Assembly: GCA_026936335.1 (NCBI GenBank)
Contig: JAPMXV010000006.1
Span: 248,001-312,000 of the forward strand
From: Mantamonas sphyraenae STR306
Taxonomy: Eukaryota > Protista > CRuMs
Direction: 5' to 3'
DNA: 64,000 nt
Shown: piece after piece, positions 34,901 to 48,106 of the stretch
Layout of the letters: every line of letters starts with the position of its first letter
How positions within the stretch are numbered: the stretch's first letter is position 1
Made by a program: the position numbers and the translations under genes
The notes under the pieces: model-generated
Told to the model about the DNA's origin: nothing
Seen by the model: the letters and a program-made list of their open reading frames with translations, nothing else
Databases searched by the model: none

Positions 34901-37900
34901 TGCGCTGGACGCAGGCAACACGTTTGTGGGCACGTCGGACGTGATCACACGCACGGTGACCATCACGTGCGGCACCGCCACGCTGGCCGGCACCACGTCG
35001 GCCAACATGGTCAACGGCTCGGCCGTGTTCAACGGCACCGTGCTGTCGTCGCCCTCGGCAATCACCCACGTGCTGACCTACTCCAGCGCAGGTCTGCTGT
35101 CGGACAGCCTCAACGTGCAGATCACCACGGGTCCGCTGCACTCGCTGCGTGTCATCAACACCGGCGCCACCAGCTACCCGTCCATGTACGACACCGTGCT
35201 GGCCAACATGCGCGTCGAGACCCTCGACGCCGGTGGCAACTTTACCACGCGCGACCAGACCGAAAGCGTGACGGTGAAGCTGTACAACGGCGTGGGTGCC
35301 GACGTGACTGCCACCTACCTGCGCAACGCCAACGCCCAGGCCTTTGCCAACAACGGCTTTGTGGTGTTTACGGGCATTGCGCTGGCGTCGCCGCCGCAGG
35401 GCACGTACACCCTGCAGTTTGACTGTCCCACGGCCGCGGCAACCAACGCCACGGTGACGGTTGTGGTGGGCCCTGCCGTGAAGCTGGGCACCGCCAACAC
35501 GGTACACAGCTACCAGTCGCTGATGCGCTCCAACGTGAGCACCATCCGCATGCAGGTGCGCGACGCAGGCGACAACCCGCTCCTCGGCGGCGACCCGCTC
35601 AACAACCGCACCATCACCGTCGACATCCGCAACGCCAGCCAGGCTCTTGTGGGCACCCTGTCCAAGGCGGTGACCAACGGCGAGGTCGACTTTACCGACC
35701 TCGGTCTGCCCATGCCCCGCACGGGCGTGTATGTGCTGCGCTTCAGCGCCACGGGCCTTGTGTTTGCCGACGTCTCGGTGACCATCACCATCGGTCCCGT
35801 GGTCAAGCTGGTGGTCAACTCGCCGGCCTCCATCAGCAAGCCGACTGCGGCAACTGTGGCCATCGACTCGATGACCGTGCGTGGCCAGGATGCAGGCTCC
35901 AACGATGTGCTCGCTACCGACACGGTCACGCGACCCGTGACCGTCACCGTGAGTGCGCCGGGCATGTTTACGGGCGGCTCGGGCACGTCGGGCAACATGG
36001 TCAACGGCCAGGTTGTGTTTAGCAATCTGGCGCTGGTGGCCCCGCACGTGATTACGTACACGTTGACGTTTGCCACGGCCAACCTCACGTCGGCCGTGTT
36101 CCCCGTGGTCATCCAAACGGGTGCGCCCGTGTACCTGGACCTGCAGAGCAACGGCAACGCCGCCGTCCTGCAGAGTGCCGACCCGCTCACGCTGGCACCC
36201 ATTGTGGTGCGCACGCTGGACGCAGGCCGCAACTTTACGGCCCTGGACGCCACGGGCTCCAAGGTGGTGGCTGTGGAGGCCAACAGCACGGACGCCAAGC
36301 TGCAGTTTGAGTCGGATCTGCTGACCAGCGGCACCGCAGGCGTGGTCAACTTTGCCGGCGCCAAGGCCATCCGCCTGAACAAGCCGCTGGTGGGCAACTA
36401 CCTGCTGACCTTTTTCACCCTGGATGCCCAGCTGGCCAACGTGACGTTTGCCTTCCGCGTGAACCCGGGCACGCCGTACGCGCTGGCGGTGCACAACTGG
36501 ATGCCCACCACGTATGCGTCGGACTACAAGACGCCCCTGCAGACGGTGACGCTGCGTGTGCAGGACGTGTCGACCAACTTTTTGGGCACGTTTGACTCTG
36601 CGTCGCGCACCGTGTCTGTGCAGGGACCCTCGTTCCTGAACGGCACCCTGTCGCGCACGAGCAGCAACGGCGAGGTGCAGTTTGCCGACCTGGCCTTCCT
36701 CAGCTCCACCGTGGGCGTGCATGCGCTCAACTTTTCGTCGCCTGGCCTGCGCTGGGTGGTGCAGAACGTGATGACCAAGGTGGGTCCCGCACGCAAGGTG
36801 ACCATCAAGATGCCCGCCGGTCCCATCACGGTGGACTCGCAGGCAGCCACGCCCATCCCCACCATCACGGTGACGATCCGCGACGCGGGCAACACCGAGG
36901 TGCTGGACACGGACGCGGGCAACGACCGCCCCGTGTCCGTGACGATTGCCGGCCAGACGCTGAACGGCGCCTCGTGCACGACGGTGAACGGCACCTGCAC
37001 CATTGCCAACATGGTGCTGGTGAAGCCGCCCACCAACCCGTACACGATGGTGTTTGCCAGCGCGGGCATGGAGAACGGCCTGCTGGGCCTGAACGTGAAC
37101 CAGGGCAAGGCCTTTTCGCTGGACACCGACGGCTACACGCTGCAGGTGGAACCCTCTGTGGTGGACCTTGTGTGGAGCCCCATCACGGTCATCACGCGCA
37201 ACGCAGGTGGCAACTTTACGAACGACAACACGCCGCTGCTGATCAAGGCCACGGTGGACCCTGCCCAGGGCAACACGCTGTACGCGCCGCTGATGGGCGA
37301 CACGGAAGTGACGGCTGTCAACGGCCGTGCGGTGTTTAGCAACCTGCGCCTGGCCTCGCCGGCACGCGGCGTGTACCAGATCCGCTTCAGCGGATACGGC
37401 ATGGACGTGAACGCGACGGTGGTGGTGCAGGTGAGCACGGGCAACGTGTGGAACCTCAAGGTGTCGTCGTTTGACACGAGCGAGCCGATCAGGTCGGAGT
37501 ACAAGTCGCTGGTGAAGCCCGTGACGATCCAGGCGATCAACGCAGGTGGCGACCACGTGGGTGCGCTGGACACCAACACGACGCGCCTGGTGCGCGTGGA
37601 GCTGCTCAACACGACGCTGGCAGGCATCAGCGGCACGCTGCAGGGCTACCTGAACGAGTCCACGGTGGTGTTCAACAACATCATCCTGGAGAACGCCACG
37701 GCGACGACGCTGACGCTGCGCTTCTGGACGAGCGATATCCGCCCGTCGGGACAGCCGGTGTACACGGACGCCAAGGTGGCCGTGGTGGTGGGCGAGGTGC
37801 GCGGCCTGGTGGTGCACAGCGGTGGCAACCAGCAGCAGAGCTGCGAGACGAGCTTCCAGTTGTCGCCCATGCAGGTGCGCACGGTGGATGCCGGCCGCAA

Positions 37901-40900
37901 CTTTGTGAGCACCGAGTTTTCGTCCACGGTGTCGATTACGCTGGTGAACAACGTGGCGGCGGTGTCGGGCAACAACACGGAAATCATCACCAACGGCGTG
38001 GCCGACTTTTCGCAGGTGGTGCTCTCGTCGCCGATCGACTCGCCGATTTCGTCGGGCGCCCACGTGCTGCGCTTCTCCACGTACAACTCGGTGACGCTGC
38101 AGCAGCTGTTTGTGGACACGCCGATCACGATTACCAAGGGCACAGCCTCGCGCCTGAAGATCCAGAGCGTGGGCGGCTCGATCAACACGGTGGACACGCT
38201 GGGTGGCAACTTTGCCACCACGCTGACGTACGGCGGCAAGGACACACAGGGCCGCCAGCGTGTGCTGCTGCCGGACGTGGTGGTGCGTGCGTACGACAAC
38301 TGCCATGCGCTGCAGGACACCGTCGCCATGACGGTGACGCTTGTGGACTTGGACAACGGCCTGGTGCCTGCCGCCGGCCTGGGTGCCTCGTGGCCGCGTG
38401 CGGTGACGCCGCCGACGGCCACGATGACCAACGGCGAGGCACGCTTCCAGAACGTGTATGTGACGCCCAAGGTGGGCACGTACCGCCTGCAGATCACGGC
38501 GCCCAACCAGAAGCCGTCGACGCTGACGGTGACGGTGCTGCCGGGACCCACGGGTGGCCTGACCTTTGTGGGCGACTACGCCAAGACGGGCTTCAAGGTG
38601 GTCACGGACAACAAGAACCCGGTGAACCCGCCGCCGACGGTGCAGATCACGGACGACGTGGGCAACCCGCTCAACGCGACGCTGCGCATCCGCTGCTCGC
38701 TGACACCCAACCCGACCAACCTGGAGAACAACGAGCGCCGCGCCGAAGGGGGCCGCTGGACGTTTTCGGAAATGATGGTGTTTGGCCGCCACGGCAGCGA
38801 GTACACCATGCGTTGCGCCACGGTGGCGTTTGGCCAGGGCAACGAGCTGGAGACGGTGGACTTTACGGGCATGTCGGTGAGCCGATGCACGGACCCGTCG
38901 GAGCTGGGATCCAACAGCGAACCGGATGACAACCTGGGTGGCACGGAGTGCAAGTGCTCGCCCGGCTACTACCAGGTGCCCAGCGACTCGGGCTTCTCGT
39001 GCCAGGCATGCCTGGAGGGCACGTACAAGGAAAAGGTGGGCAACGAGCCGTGCCGCAAGTGCCCGCAGAACATGAACACGGGCGGCCTCAAGGCGCAGAC
39101 GCTGGAGACCGCGTGCATCTGCAAGCCCGGTTTCTTCAACAACGCCACCAACCCCACGTGCGAGGAGTGCACGGAGGGTGGCCTGTGCCAGTCGGGCAAG
39201 CCCATTGCTCCCAAGCCGGGTTTCTTCCGCTTCCGCTCGGGCTCGTCGGTGTTCTTCCCGTGCCCCAACGAGGACGCGTGCATCGGCGGCCAGAACGCCT
39301 CGTGCCAGGTGGGCTACGAGGGCCCGCTGTGCTCCGTGTGCAAGGAGGGCTACGGTAAGTTTGGTGTCACGTGCACGCCGTGCGGTGCCGCCGAGACGTC
39401 GTGGTTCCTGGTCGTGGGCGCCATCATTCTGGTGTGCCTCATGCTCAGCTTCCTGGTCAAGACGGCCTCGGTGGAGCGTTCCAAGAACGCCACCATCCTG
39501 AAGATTCTGCTGAACTACCTGCAGGTCATCTCCTTTGTGGGCGACCTGTCTGTGCGCTGGCCGCGTCTGATTGTGGAAATGTTCCAGATGATGCGCCTGT
39601 CGCTGTTTTCGCTGAACCTGCATCCTGTGGATTGCTCCATGCGTCCCTCGTACTACGACCGCTTCATCGTCTACATGATCTTCCCCGTGCTGGCCTTTGT
39701 GGGCCCGGCCGTGTGGTTTGTGATCTACTGGGCGTACCGCCGCTTCATCCGCCCGCCCCTGAGCGAGGCGTGGCACAACTACCGCAACAGGAACAGCGGC
39801 TCGACGTACGGCCAGGGCGAGGACGACAAGCCGTGGCTGATGACCGACGAACGCAAGCGCGAACTGCTGCGCTCGTGCAAGACCCAGTACGGCCTGACTG
39901 TGCTCATTGCCACCTTCCTGGCACATCCCATCATCACCAAGAACTCGTTCCAGATGTTCAACTGCGTGGACTTTGACGGCTTCAAGTACGTGGCCGAGGA
40001 TCTGTCTGTGAGCTGCGACACGGAGGAGCACGCGTTCTGGACGGCCATGGCCATCCTGATGGCGTCTGTGTACTGCACAGGTGTGCCCATGCTGGCCGTG
40101 TACCTGCTGTGGCGCAACCGCCACCAGCTGCACACCAAGGCGGTGCAGGACCGTTACCGATTCCTGTACGACGGTTACAAGACCACGCGCTTCTACTGGG
40201 AGGCTGTGATCATGATCCGCAAGGTGCTCATTGTCATGGTGATTGTGTTTTACCGCGAGAAGCCGCTGACGCAGCTGTACTCGTCGCTGTGGGTGATCTT
40301 TGCCGCGCTGATTGCGCATCTGTTTGCGCGTCCGTTTGCCACACATCTCACGTCCCGTTTGGAGATGTTTTCGCTGATCACCACGGTGGTCACGCTGATG
40401 ACGGGTCTGCTCTACTACTCCAACGAGTTGGAGACGTCGGAGGAGGAGGGTGTGAACGGCTTTTTGATTTCGCTGAACGTGATCATGCTGTTTACGTTTG
40501 TGGCGCTGCTGGTGCACGGTCTGCTCAAGGCGAGCGTGCAGGCGCGTGAGGTGCTGAAGAAGCAGGACCAGATCGCCAACATGCTGGCCAAGGTGGGCAT
40601 CGACGAGGACGAGAGCAAGCCCGGCTCCGGAAAGGGTGGCAAGGGCGAAAAGGTGGAGATGAGCAACCTCGGCGCAGACAAGCCCGTGGCTGCTGCAGCC
40701 GTGGACGACGGCGAGAAGAAGAAGAAGAAGAAGAAGAAGAAGAAGACGGATGCGGACGAGACGGAGATGACCACGCTGGATCTGGCCTCTCCCGCGTCGG
40801 TGGACGAGGAGACGACCACGAAGAAGAAGAAGAAGAAGAAGAAGGTGGATGTGGAGGAGGAGGCACCCCCGGCTTATGAGGAGGATGAGAAGCCGCAGGA

Positions 40901-41051
40901 CGAGCCGCCGGCGTTTGACGCGCCGACGACCACGTTTGCGCCGCCGCCCCTGGAGGACACAGGCGACGACGAGCTGAAGAAGAAGAAGAAGAAGAAGAAG
41001 AAGAAGCGTCTGGACGCTGCGGTGGAGGAGGAAGAGGAGGAGGAGGAGTAA
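31909..41051 (+). CDS. Giant surface receptor: signal peptide, discoidin-like domain, ~17-18 Ig-like repeats, Cys-rich GCC2/GCC3-type region, multi-TM domain, K/E-rich tail; intron 31976-32190
   Basis: Signal MRISTPLFLVVVSLCLVQLVTA; ~120-aa repeats with D[AP]GxN and NG.V.F..L...P..G.Y.L.F; CQACLEGTYK..CRKCP; GYEGPLCSVC; KILLNYLQVI, RYRFLYDGYK..FYWEAVIMIRK. Confidence 0.9.
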
Positions 41052-41864
41052 GCGACGGCGGTGGTGCTTGCTTGGACGAAGCCACACGCACTCGCGTCGA
41101 GTCCCAAACGGTTCATCGACACTCGCGGTTTTCCCGAGACGCGACGACACGCACAGGAAACAACCTCACATGAACGGACGGACGGATGGCACACAGCACA
41201 CAGCGGAGGGGTAACGAGGGGAGATGCACACTTGGCTTGATGCACCCGAGACACGGCACACAGAGACTGGAGCGGCAGAAGGAGGCGAGTGACATGCGCT
41301 GCGTGGAGACCAGGACACACACACACACACATGCGAGCAGCCCAGGTTTGGGGCGTGGCTGAGGATTCCAAAGTGATGTTTTTGTTGCTCCACTCGATTT
41401 TGGCTGTGGTTGGCCAACACGGGTGTGATGCGCCAGGCATGCTTGGACCTTGGGCTGCTCGTTGTGTTGTTGTTTTGGTTTGTGATGCGCAGCGTGCTCG
41501 CTGCTCTTTGTTTGGCTCTGGGGCCTCTTGTGTGCGAGTGTGTGTCGAGGGAAGGCGTCGCCGTGTGGCACCCTGTTGGGATCCCCTGTCCCTGTACGTG
41601 TGTGTGTGTTGTTCCCGGACGGCTGTGTGGAGGTGTGCGTTTATGATTTGTCGTCTGCTCTCCCGCGATGGATGGACTTTTTGTGGCTGGGCTCGAAGCT
41701 GGTTTTGTTCATGCACCCTCTGTCTGATGGGGTTGCTGGCCACAGGGGCACCCGTCGTATCGAGAAACATCTATTTTGTCACACTTGTCATTGAGCATGG
41801 ATGTGGATCAGCAACTGAGAGTGCAGGAAGGGAGAAATGAAGGTTTCTTTCTGCAGAGAGATGA

Positions 41865-44789
41865 TCACTCACGCTTTGCCTTTTTGCTCGCCTTTTTCTT
41901 CTTCCCACTGGCCTTTTTCTTGCTGCTGCTGCTGCTGCTGCTGCTTGCTGCTGCAGCTGTGTCGAGCTCCGACAGCTCCGAGGCCGACGATTCGGGCTTG
42001 TCCTTGCGCTTCTTCTTCTTCTTGCCGCTCCCCTTTGTGCGAGAGCGCACTGCCTGTGCATCATCATCGTCGTCATCGCTCGAGACATCTGCGTACTCCA
42101 CATCCATGCTCTTCTTGGCCTTCTTCTTCTTCTTGCTGCTCTTCTTGCTGCTCTTCTTCTGCACCAGCGGCTCTGGCTCGGGCTCGTCGTCCGACGACGA
42201 GACAATGTCCTGCGGCTGGCCGTACGAGTAGGGACCCTCGTCATCGCTGCTGTCGCTGTTTGCCGAGGAGGAGGAGGAGGACGAGGACGACGAGCTGCTG
42301 CTTGCCTGCTGCTGCTGCTGCTGCTGCTCGTCTTCCTGGCCCGGAATGACATTGGAGATCTTCTTGAGCTTGCAGACAAAGAAGCCGTCCATGTTGTGTG
42401 TGTGTGGGAAGAAGCGGCGTGCGTGCTTCATGTGCGGGTGGAACTGCTTGCCGCGGAAGCGAGTGAAGCCCGGGACGCCAAAGTCGAGCTCTGTGGGCAC
42501 GATCTTGACGGCACGCTTCTTGAGAGCGTACTCAATGACGGCTTCGTCCTCGTCCACCAGGACGGAGCAGGTGGAATATACAATGTAGCCGCCGGTGGCC
42601 GACTTTGCGTTGACCGAGTCGATGGCAGAGAGGAGCAGCTGGCGTTGCATGTGCGAGCGCTGCATGATGTCGTTGTCATCCTTGCTGACCTTGACGCTGG
42701 GATCCTTCCAGATGACGCCTGTGCCCGAGCAGGGGGCGTCGAGAAGCACACGATCAAAGCCGCTCATGACACGCGGAAAGTCGCGGCCGTCGTAGTTGAC
42801 CACGACGGCGTTGGTGACGCCCATGCGAAAGATGTTTGCCTGCAACGACTTTGTGCGCATCTTGTTGAATTCGTTGGCCACAACCAGGCCGGTGTTCTTG
42901 AGCAGGGCTGCAATGTAGGTTGTCTTGCCACCCGGTGCTGCACACATGTCCAGCACACGCTCCTTCTCCTGCGGAGCCAGGGCCATGACGGCACTGAGGG
43001 ACGAGGCGGCCTGCTTGATGTAGTAGCCTGCCAGGTACTCTGTGGTGGCACCCACGCTGACGGGCGTGTCGTACACCACCAGACCCACCTTGCTCCACTT
43101 GCTCAGCGACTCGACACTCATGCCACGGTTGACCAGCAGCTGCTTGAGGTCACGACGGCGTGTCTTGAGCGTGTTTGTGCGGATGGTGGTGGGGCGCGGC
43201 ACCTGGTTGGCTTCCAGAAACTCGATCGCCTCGTTCACAGGAAACAGCTCCAGGATCTTGGACATGAGGTACTCGTTGTAGCCGTAGTATGTGCCCAGGT
43301 CCCGCTCCAGCATGTCCATGTACTCCGAACGCGGACGGTTGTCCTTTCGCAGCCGCTTGAAATCGCCCAGCACCGTCGCGACATCGGCGATGCGCTGACG
43401 CACAAGCATCAGATCCGGTGTCTCAGCCACTGTGGTGTGCGGGTGGAGGGTGGAGGGAACATGGAGTGTGAGCCAGTGGCCAGTGTGTGAGGAGGAACGG
43501 GAGGAGAAAAACACGTCAACACTTACGCTCCTGTTCGACCTCTTCACCCGTGGGAAGATCGTACTTTTCGCTGTCGTCGATGTTTGTCTCCATGTCATCG
43601 AGTCCCTCCTGCTGTTCGCGCATGCTTGCCTCTGCAATCTTGGCGCGGTGTTCGTCCAGAAGGCGTGCCTCCCTCTCCACCTCCAGCTCCTCATCCGACG
43701 AGTCTGATTCCAGTTCGTACTCGTCCTCCATTGTGTCCAGCTCCTTGAGTTTAAACGACAGCCGTTTCTTGTCACCGAACGCTTTGTCGTCATCATCATC
43801 ATCGTCATCATCGTCGTCGTCAAACGGCAATTCCGAACGACCAACGTCGTCACTGTCATCCTCATCCTCATCATCCTCATCATCGTCCTCATCATCCTCA
43901 TCGCTGTCATCGCCGTCGTCACTGGGTGGCTCATCCTCAGCGTCAAAGTCAAAGGCAGGCTCTTCCTCATCACTGTCGCTGATGTCGCTTGCGTCACTCC
44001 CCATCAGCCCACCGCTGTCGTCGCTATCATCCTCATCCTCATCCTCATCCTCATCCTCATCGCTGGCAGACGGCTTTTGCCACTGGCCGCTGTTGCGTGT
44101 GCGCTTGCTGTCCTTGACGGTGCGAGGCTTGGTCATTCCCTTGCCCACACGCTTCATCTGTGCCTCGAGAGCACGTGCATCCATCTCCACAATGTCCTGT
44201 GCCCCTGCCTTCTTCTTGCCGCTCTTCTTGCTGCTTGTGGGTTTGCTCTTGCCCAGCGACGGCGGAGTCAGGAACTTTGCCTTGTCGCTCGAAATCTTCT
44301 TGCCACTCTTGGCCGCCGATTTGGCCAGACGTGCACCGGGTGTGCCACTGTGCATGTGCGTGTCGTGTGCAACCGTGCCGTGGGGTGTCAGTGTGCCACT
44401 CTTGTCCTCACTCTCCTTCTGTGTGTCCCTGTGTGGGCGTTCCGGCAACGCGCATGGTGGGCGGACGACGGATTTGTGTCGCGCATGCGCCTCGTCTCCA
44501 GTCCGCCACAGCGCCGCCACAGGCCATGGATTGCCATGGCATGGACAAACACACACCCATGGGACATGGGACATCCCACATCCTCGACTCACATGCTCTT
44601 CTTTGGTGTCTGCATGCGAAAGGTGACGTCCTCGTCGCGGTAGTCGATCACCCCACTCTCGTCCGCTGCCGTCTCCTTCTGCTTGCGTTTGGACTTGCCG
44701 CCGGCCTTCTTGTTGGCACTGCCGGCACTGCCATTGCCACTGCCCACGCTCTTGCGACGTGTGCGTTTGCCCGTACTTCCTCCGCTCAT
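41865..44789 (-). CDS. NOP2: Nucleolar rRNA m5C methyltransferase Nop2/NSUN1; 2 introns
   Basis: RTNTLKTRRRDL, LDMCAAPGGKT, FDRVLLDAPCSGTG, VYSTCS, FFPHTHNMDGFFVCKLKK; acidic/basic termini. Confidence 0.95.
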
Positions 44790-44857
44790 GGTTGTGTGTG
44801 GTTTCTGGATGGGTGCGCCGGCGCCAGGCAGCAAACAGGCAAGCAGAACAGCAAGCC

Positions 44858-46039
44858 ATGGCAAGCCGAGATTTGGGTGCAGCCCAGAACGCCTTTGAAT
44901 CGGGAGACATCGAAGCATCGCGTGCAGCCCACGAGGCCAAGAAGCATGGCGAGAACCACGTGGAGTGAGTTTCGGTTTCCGGGTTTGGTGGCGGTGGTGG
45001 TTGGCCGGTGTGTCTCCGGAGATCGCCGCGAATGTGGAAACTGGTTCACTTCGGCGGAAGGGCTGCTGGGGCGGCAGGGACTGACACACAGACACTGGCC
45101 ACAGCGAGGGAGCGTACATCAAGAGCATTGTGTACGGTGGGCTGGATGGCATCATCACTACGTTTGCAGTGGTGGCAGGTGTGGCTGGAGGAAACCTGTC
45201 CCTGGACGTGGTCCTGATTCTCGGCTTTGCCAACCTCATTGCCGATGGCATCAGCATGGGGCTCGGGGACTACATCTCCACAAAGGCGGAGATCGACTAC
45301 GCCAAGATGGAGCGCAAGCGCGAACGCTGGTAAGTGGAAAAACACAGCGCAGTAGCCCCTTTTGGCGTTCGGGAAAGGAAGCGGCGAGAAACGCCACTCG
45401 GGGACAAAAACTCCGGAACTGGAAAGCACACAAGCACCCCCCCCGCGACACCCGGATGTGACATGACATGTGCACACACACACACACACACACACCTCTC
45501 TCACACCCCCCTTTCACCAACTCCACACGCACACACTTAGGGAGTGCGACAATTTTATGGAGGGCGAACGCAAAGAGATGATTGAACTTTACGAATCGAG
45601 GGGCCTGACGCACGAGGAGGCGACGCAGGTCATTGACATCATCTCCAAAAAGACGGACTTTTTCGTGGATGTGATGATGGTGGAGGAACTGTCGATCATG
45701 CCTCCCCCCACCGAGGACGAGGCGATGAAGAACGGCGCCGTCACCTTTGCCTCCTTCCTCTTCTTTGGGCTCATTCCCCTGCTGGCATTTGTGGTGGCTC
45801 GTGCCGTGGATCCACGCAACACCAACGACCTTGGTGCCACCTTTATCGTCTCCTGCTTCCTGACCGCTGCCACCCTTTTCATCCTCGGGGCCCTCACCAG
45901 CAAGTTTTCCCATGACAAGTGGTATGTCGCCGGGTTCAAGATGTTTGGAAATGGCAGTCTCGCAGCCGCTGCCTCTTACCTCATTGGCATGCTCATTGCC
46001 TACATCGTCTCTGGTGATGCCAGCCAAGCTGCACACTAA
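44858..46039 (+). CDS. VIT1/CCC1 vacuolar iron/manganese transporter; 2 introns
   Basis: YIKSIVYGGLDGIITTFAVVAG, GFANLIADGISMGLGDYIS, MMVEEL, TFASFLFFGLIPLL. Confidence 0.92.
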
Positions 46040-46367
46040 CAACACCCCCAAAAATGTACACATGTGTCCCTTTTCCCACTCCACCTTCCCCACCTTGCTT
46101 GTGCTCATCGCGGACACCCATGCGGAAGCTGTGCGTTTCCACGAGGGTGTCGTGCGGAAGCGGAAGGCGGATGTCCGTTTTTGGAGCGGATGCAGGATCT
46201 GGATCATTCGCCGGCCAGCCACGCGTCATCCTCTAGCCTTACTTATGTGTGTGAGCGTGTGTGTGTATGCAAAGTCTCAAGTGGAGGCAGATGGGGATGG
46301 TGCATGCCGTTTGGGTTGCGTCCATGTGGGATTTGGGGCGCGGAATTTGGGGCTGTCGCTGAAAAAA

Positions 46368-46393
46368 TGACGTCAATCCGCGCAATGACGTCA
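46368..46393. promoter_or_regulatory. Tandem CRE/ATF-like palindromes (TGACGTCA x2)
   Basis: TGACGTCA at 46368-46375 and 46386-46393, ~135 nt upstream of ATG 46529. Confidence 0.45.
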
Positions 46394-46528
46394 CGCCAGG
46401 CACAAAAGCAGGGACACACGGCACGCGCAAAAGCGCCCAAGAAAAAAAGAAAACACTCGCACACGCGGATTGTGATCGTACGTACGCACGCACACGGTAC
46501 ACACATCAATTCCAACGAGCAAAACCAA

Positions 46529-48106
46529 ATGAGCGGCGACCAAGCAAATGCTGAGCAACGTGCGGAGGAGAAGGAGCGACTGGAATCCAAGCTGGCGTCC
46601 ATTGGAGGACTGATGGGAGAGGAAGATGATGAAGGAGGAGCAGGGGAGGAGGAGCAGCATGGAGACAAGGAGAGCCAAGGAGGATGCACGGGTGAGGACA
46701 AGGAGATCGAAGGCAAGAAGGACAAAGGCGTGGAAGGCGGATTGGACAGCAACAAGGAGGCGGACAACAACGACAACAAGGACGTGTCTCTGGCCACTCT
46801 GTATGCCCAAGAGGTGGCCAAGAAGAAGGAGGAGCTGAGGAGGAGGGTCAAGGAGGAGTTGGAGACGCTCAAGGTGCTGGAAGCGGAGGTTCGTCGACAG
46901 GCGAAGCGGGAGGCATCGTCGTCATCCTCGACATCGTCGTCATCGTCGTCATCCTCGTCGTCTTTGGATGCCAAGGGAGGTGAGGATGAGGAGGGGGAGG
47001 AGACGGATGAGGACATGTACGAGGTGGAGGTGGTGGCACGTGTCAAGTACGACTGGTGCAAGGCAGCAAAGCGAGCATTGCGTCGCGGGTGGACCAAGGC
47101 ACGCTCGGGATGCCAATGGGCACGAAGGCAGGTGACCCTGAAGCGTGTGGCCCTGTTGATTGTGTTTGGCATTGTCATGCAATTCCAGTACCAGCTGGTG
47201 TTGCGTGGGGCCGAACAGCAGCGGTTGGGTCTCTCACGTGCCAACGTGGCATTGTACCGCGAGCTGCACACCCTGAAGAACCAGGTGCAACAGCAACGCA
47301 CGGCCCACGCACACTTTGAACGCTCGGTCATGGAAAAGCTGCGTGGCATGGAACCGAAGGGGGGCAATGTGTTGGTGGCGCTGCATGAGATGGATCACAA
47401 GGTGAAGGCATTGCAGGCGACACTGCAGCAGGTGCGCATGGAACGTCATCTGGCGCCGGAAAAGATGGCACAGGCGGAACGGCAGGCGGAGGCGCTGCGA
47501 GCGCAGATCAACATGCATCAGGGGCGCCTGGGGGCCATTGAGCGACAGTTGCAGGGGATGGAGAGGACACAGAAGCAACAGCTGGCACAGCAGCAGCAGG
47601 TGATCAAGACACAGGGTGTGCAGAACACCAAGATGGCACACGTCGTCTCCCAGGTGCAGCGTGCCCACTCGCTCATCCAATCGCAACAACAGCAGATGCG
47701 ACAGAAGCAGAAGCAACAGCAACAACAGCAGAGCAACACACGCAACACTGCACAAACGACGGACGACAAGGCAAACACAGCTCGACAGGAGCAGCAGCAG
47801 CAGCAACACAAGGCAGGGTTGGATGTGTCCCACATGCCGCTCAAGGCTGCAGTGAAGCATCTGCTTCAGATGCCGCCTGCCATCCTGCGTTCGCATCTGC
47901 GCAGGGTGGGTGGCGAACGTGCCTCTGAGCTTCGCAACATGGCCAAGGAGTACCTCAATGGCATCAAGTCCAACCACCTCCATGCCGATCGCACCCAGCG
48001 TGTCTTTTGGCAACGTGTCCTTCGCTTTGTCGACATTTTCTACCCGCAGGATCAGCTGGAGAAGCAGATTGAGGACACCATCAACTTTGTCACCTCCCTC
48101 TTCTAA
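46529..48106 (+). CDS. Single-pass membrane protein with acidic N-terminus and long coiled coil
   Basis: Long ORF; TM VALLIVFGIVMQFQY followed by a heptad-rich Q/E/K region. Confidence 0.7.
   Translation: MSGDQANAEQRAEEKERLESKLASIGGLMGEEDDEGGAGEEEQHGDKESQGGCTGEDKEIEGKKDKGVEGGLDSNKEADNNDNKDVSLATLYAQEVAKKKEELRRRVKEELETLKVLEAEVRRQAKREASSSSSTSSSSSSSSSSLDAKGGEDEEGEETDEDMYEVEVVARVKYDWCKAAKRALRRGWTKARSGCQWARRQVTLKRVALLIVFGIVMQFQYQLVLRGAEQQRLGLSRANVALYRELHTLKNQVQQQRTAHAHFERSVMEKLRGMEPKGGNVLVALHEMDHKVKALQATLQQVRMERHLAPEKMAQAERQAEALRAQINMHQGRLGAIERQLQGMERTQKQQLAQQQQVIKTQGVQNTKMAHVVSQVQRAHSLIQSQQQQMRQKQKQQQQQQSNTRNTAQTTDDKANTARQEQQQQQHKAGLDVSHMPLKAAVKHLLQMPPAILRSHLRRVGGERASELRNMAKEYLNGIKSNHLHADRTQRVFWQRVLRFVDIFYPQDQLEKQIEDTINFVTSLF

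Noticed and set aside
31896-41150. 3084-aa antisense ORF (also 25748-29770 and 11404-13374)
   Set aside because: Shadow ORFs. GC3-biased sense genes avoid TTA/CTA/TCA, so the opposite strand lacks stops. The translations are H/R/V/G-rich with no motifs.
41289-41840. Cys-rich ORF between the receptor and NOP2
   Set aside because: Arises from TG-rich UTR sequence and has no ATG start or domain.
46111-46182. Hairpin (GACACCC/GGGTGTC) followed by T5 as a Pol III RNA
   Set aside because: No A/B box or recognisable snRNA/tRNA motif; short GC stems are expected by chance.
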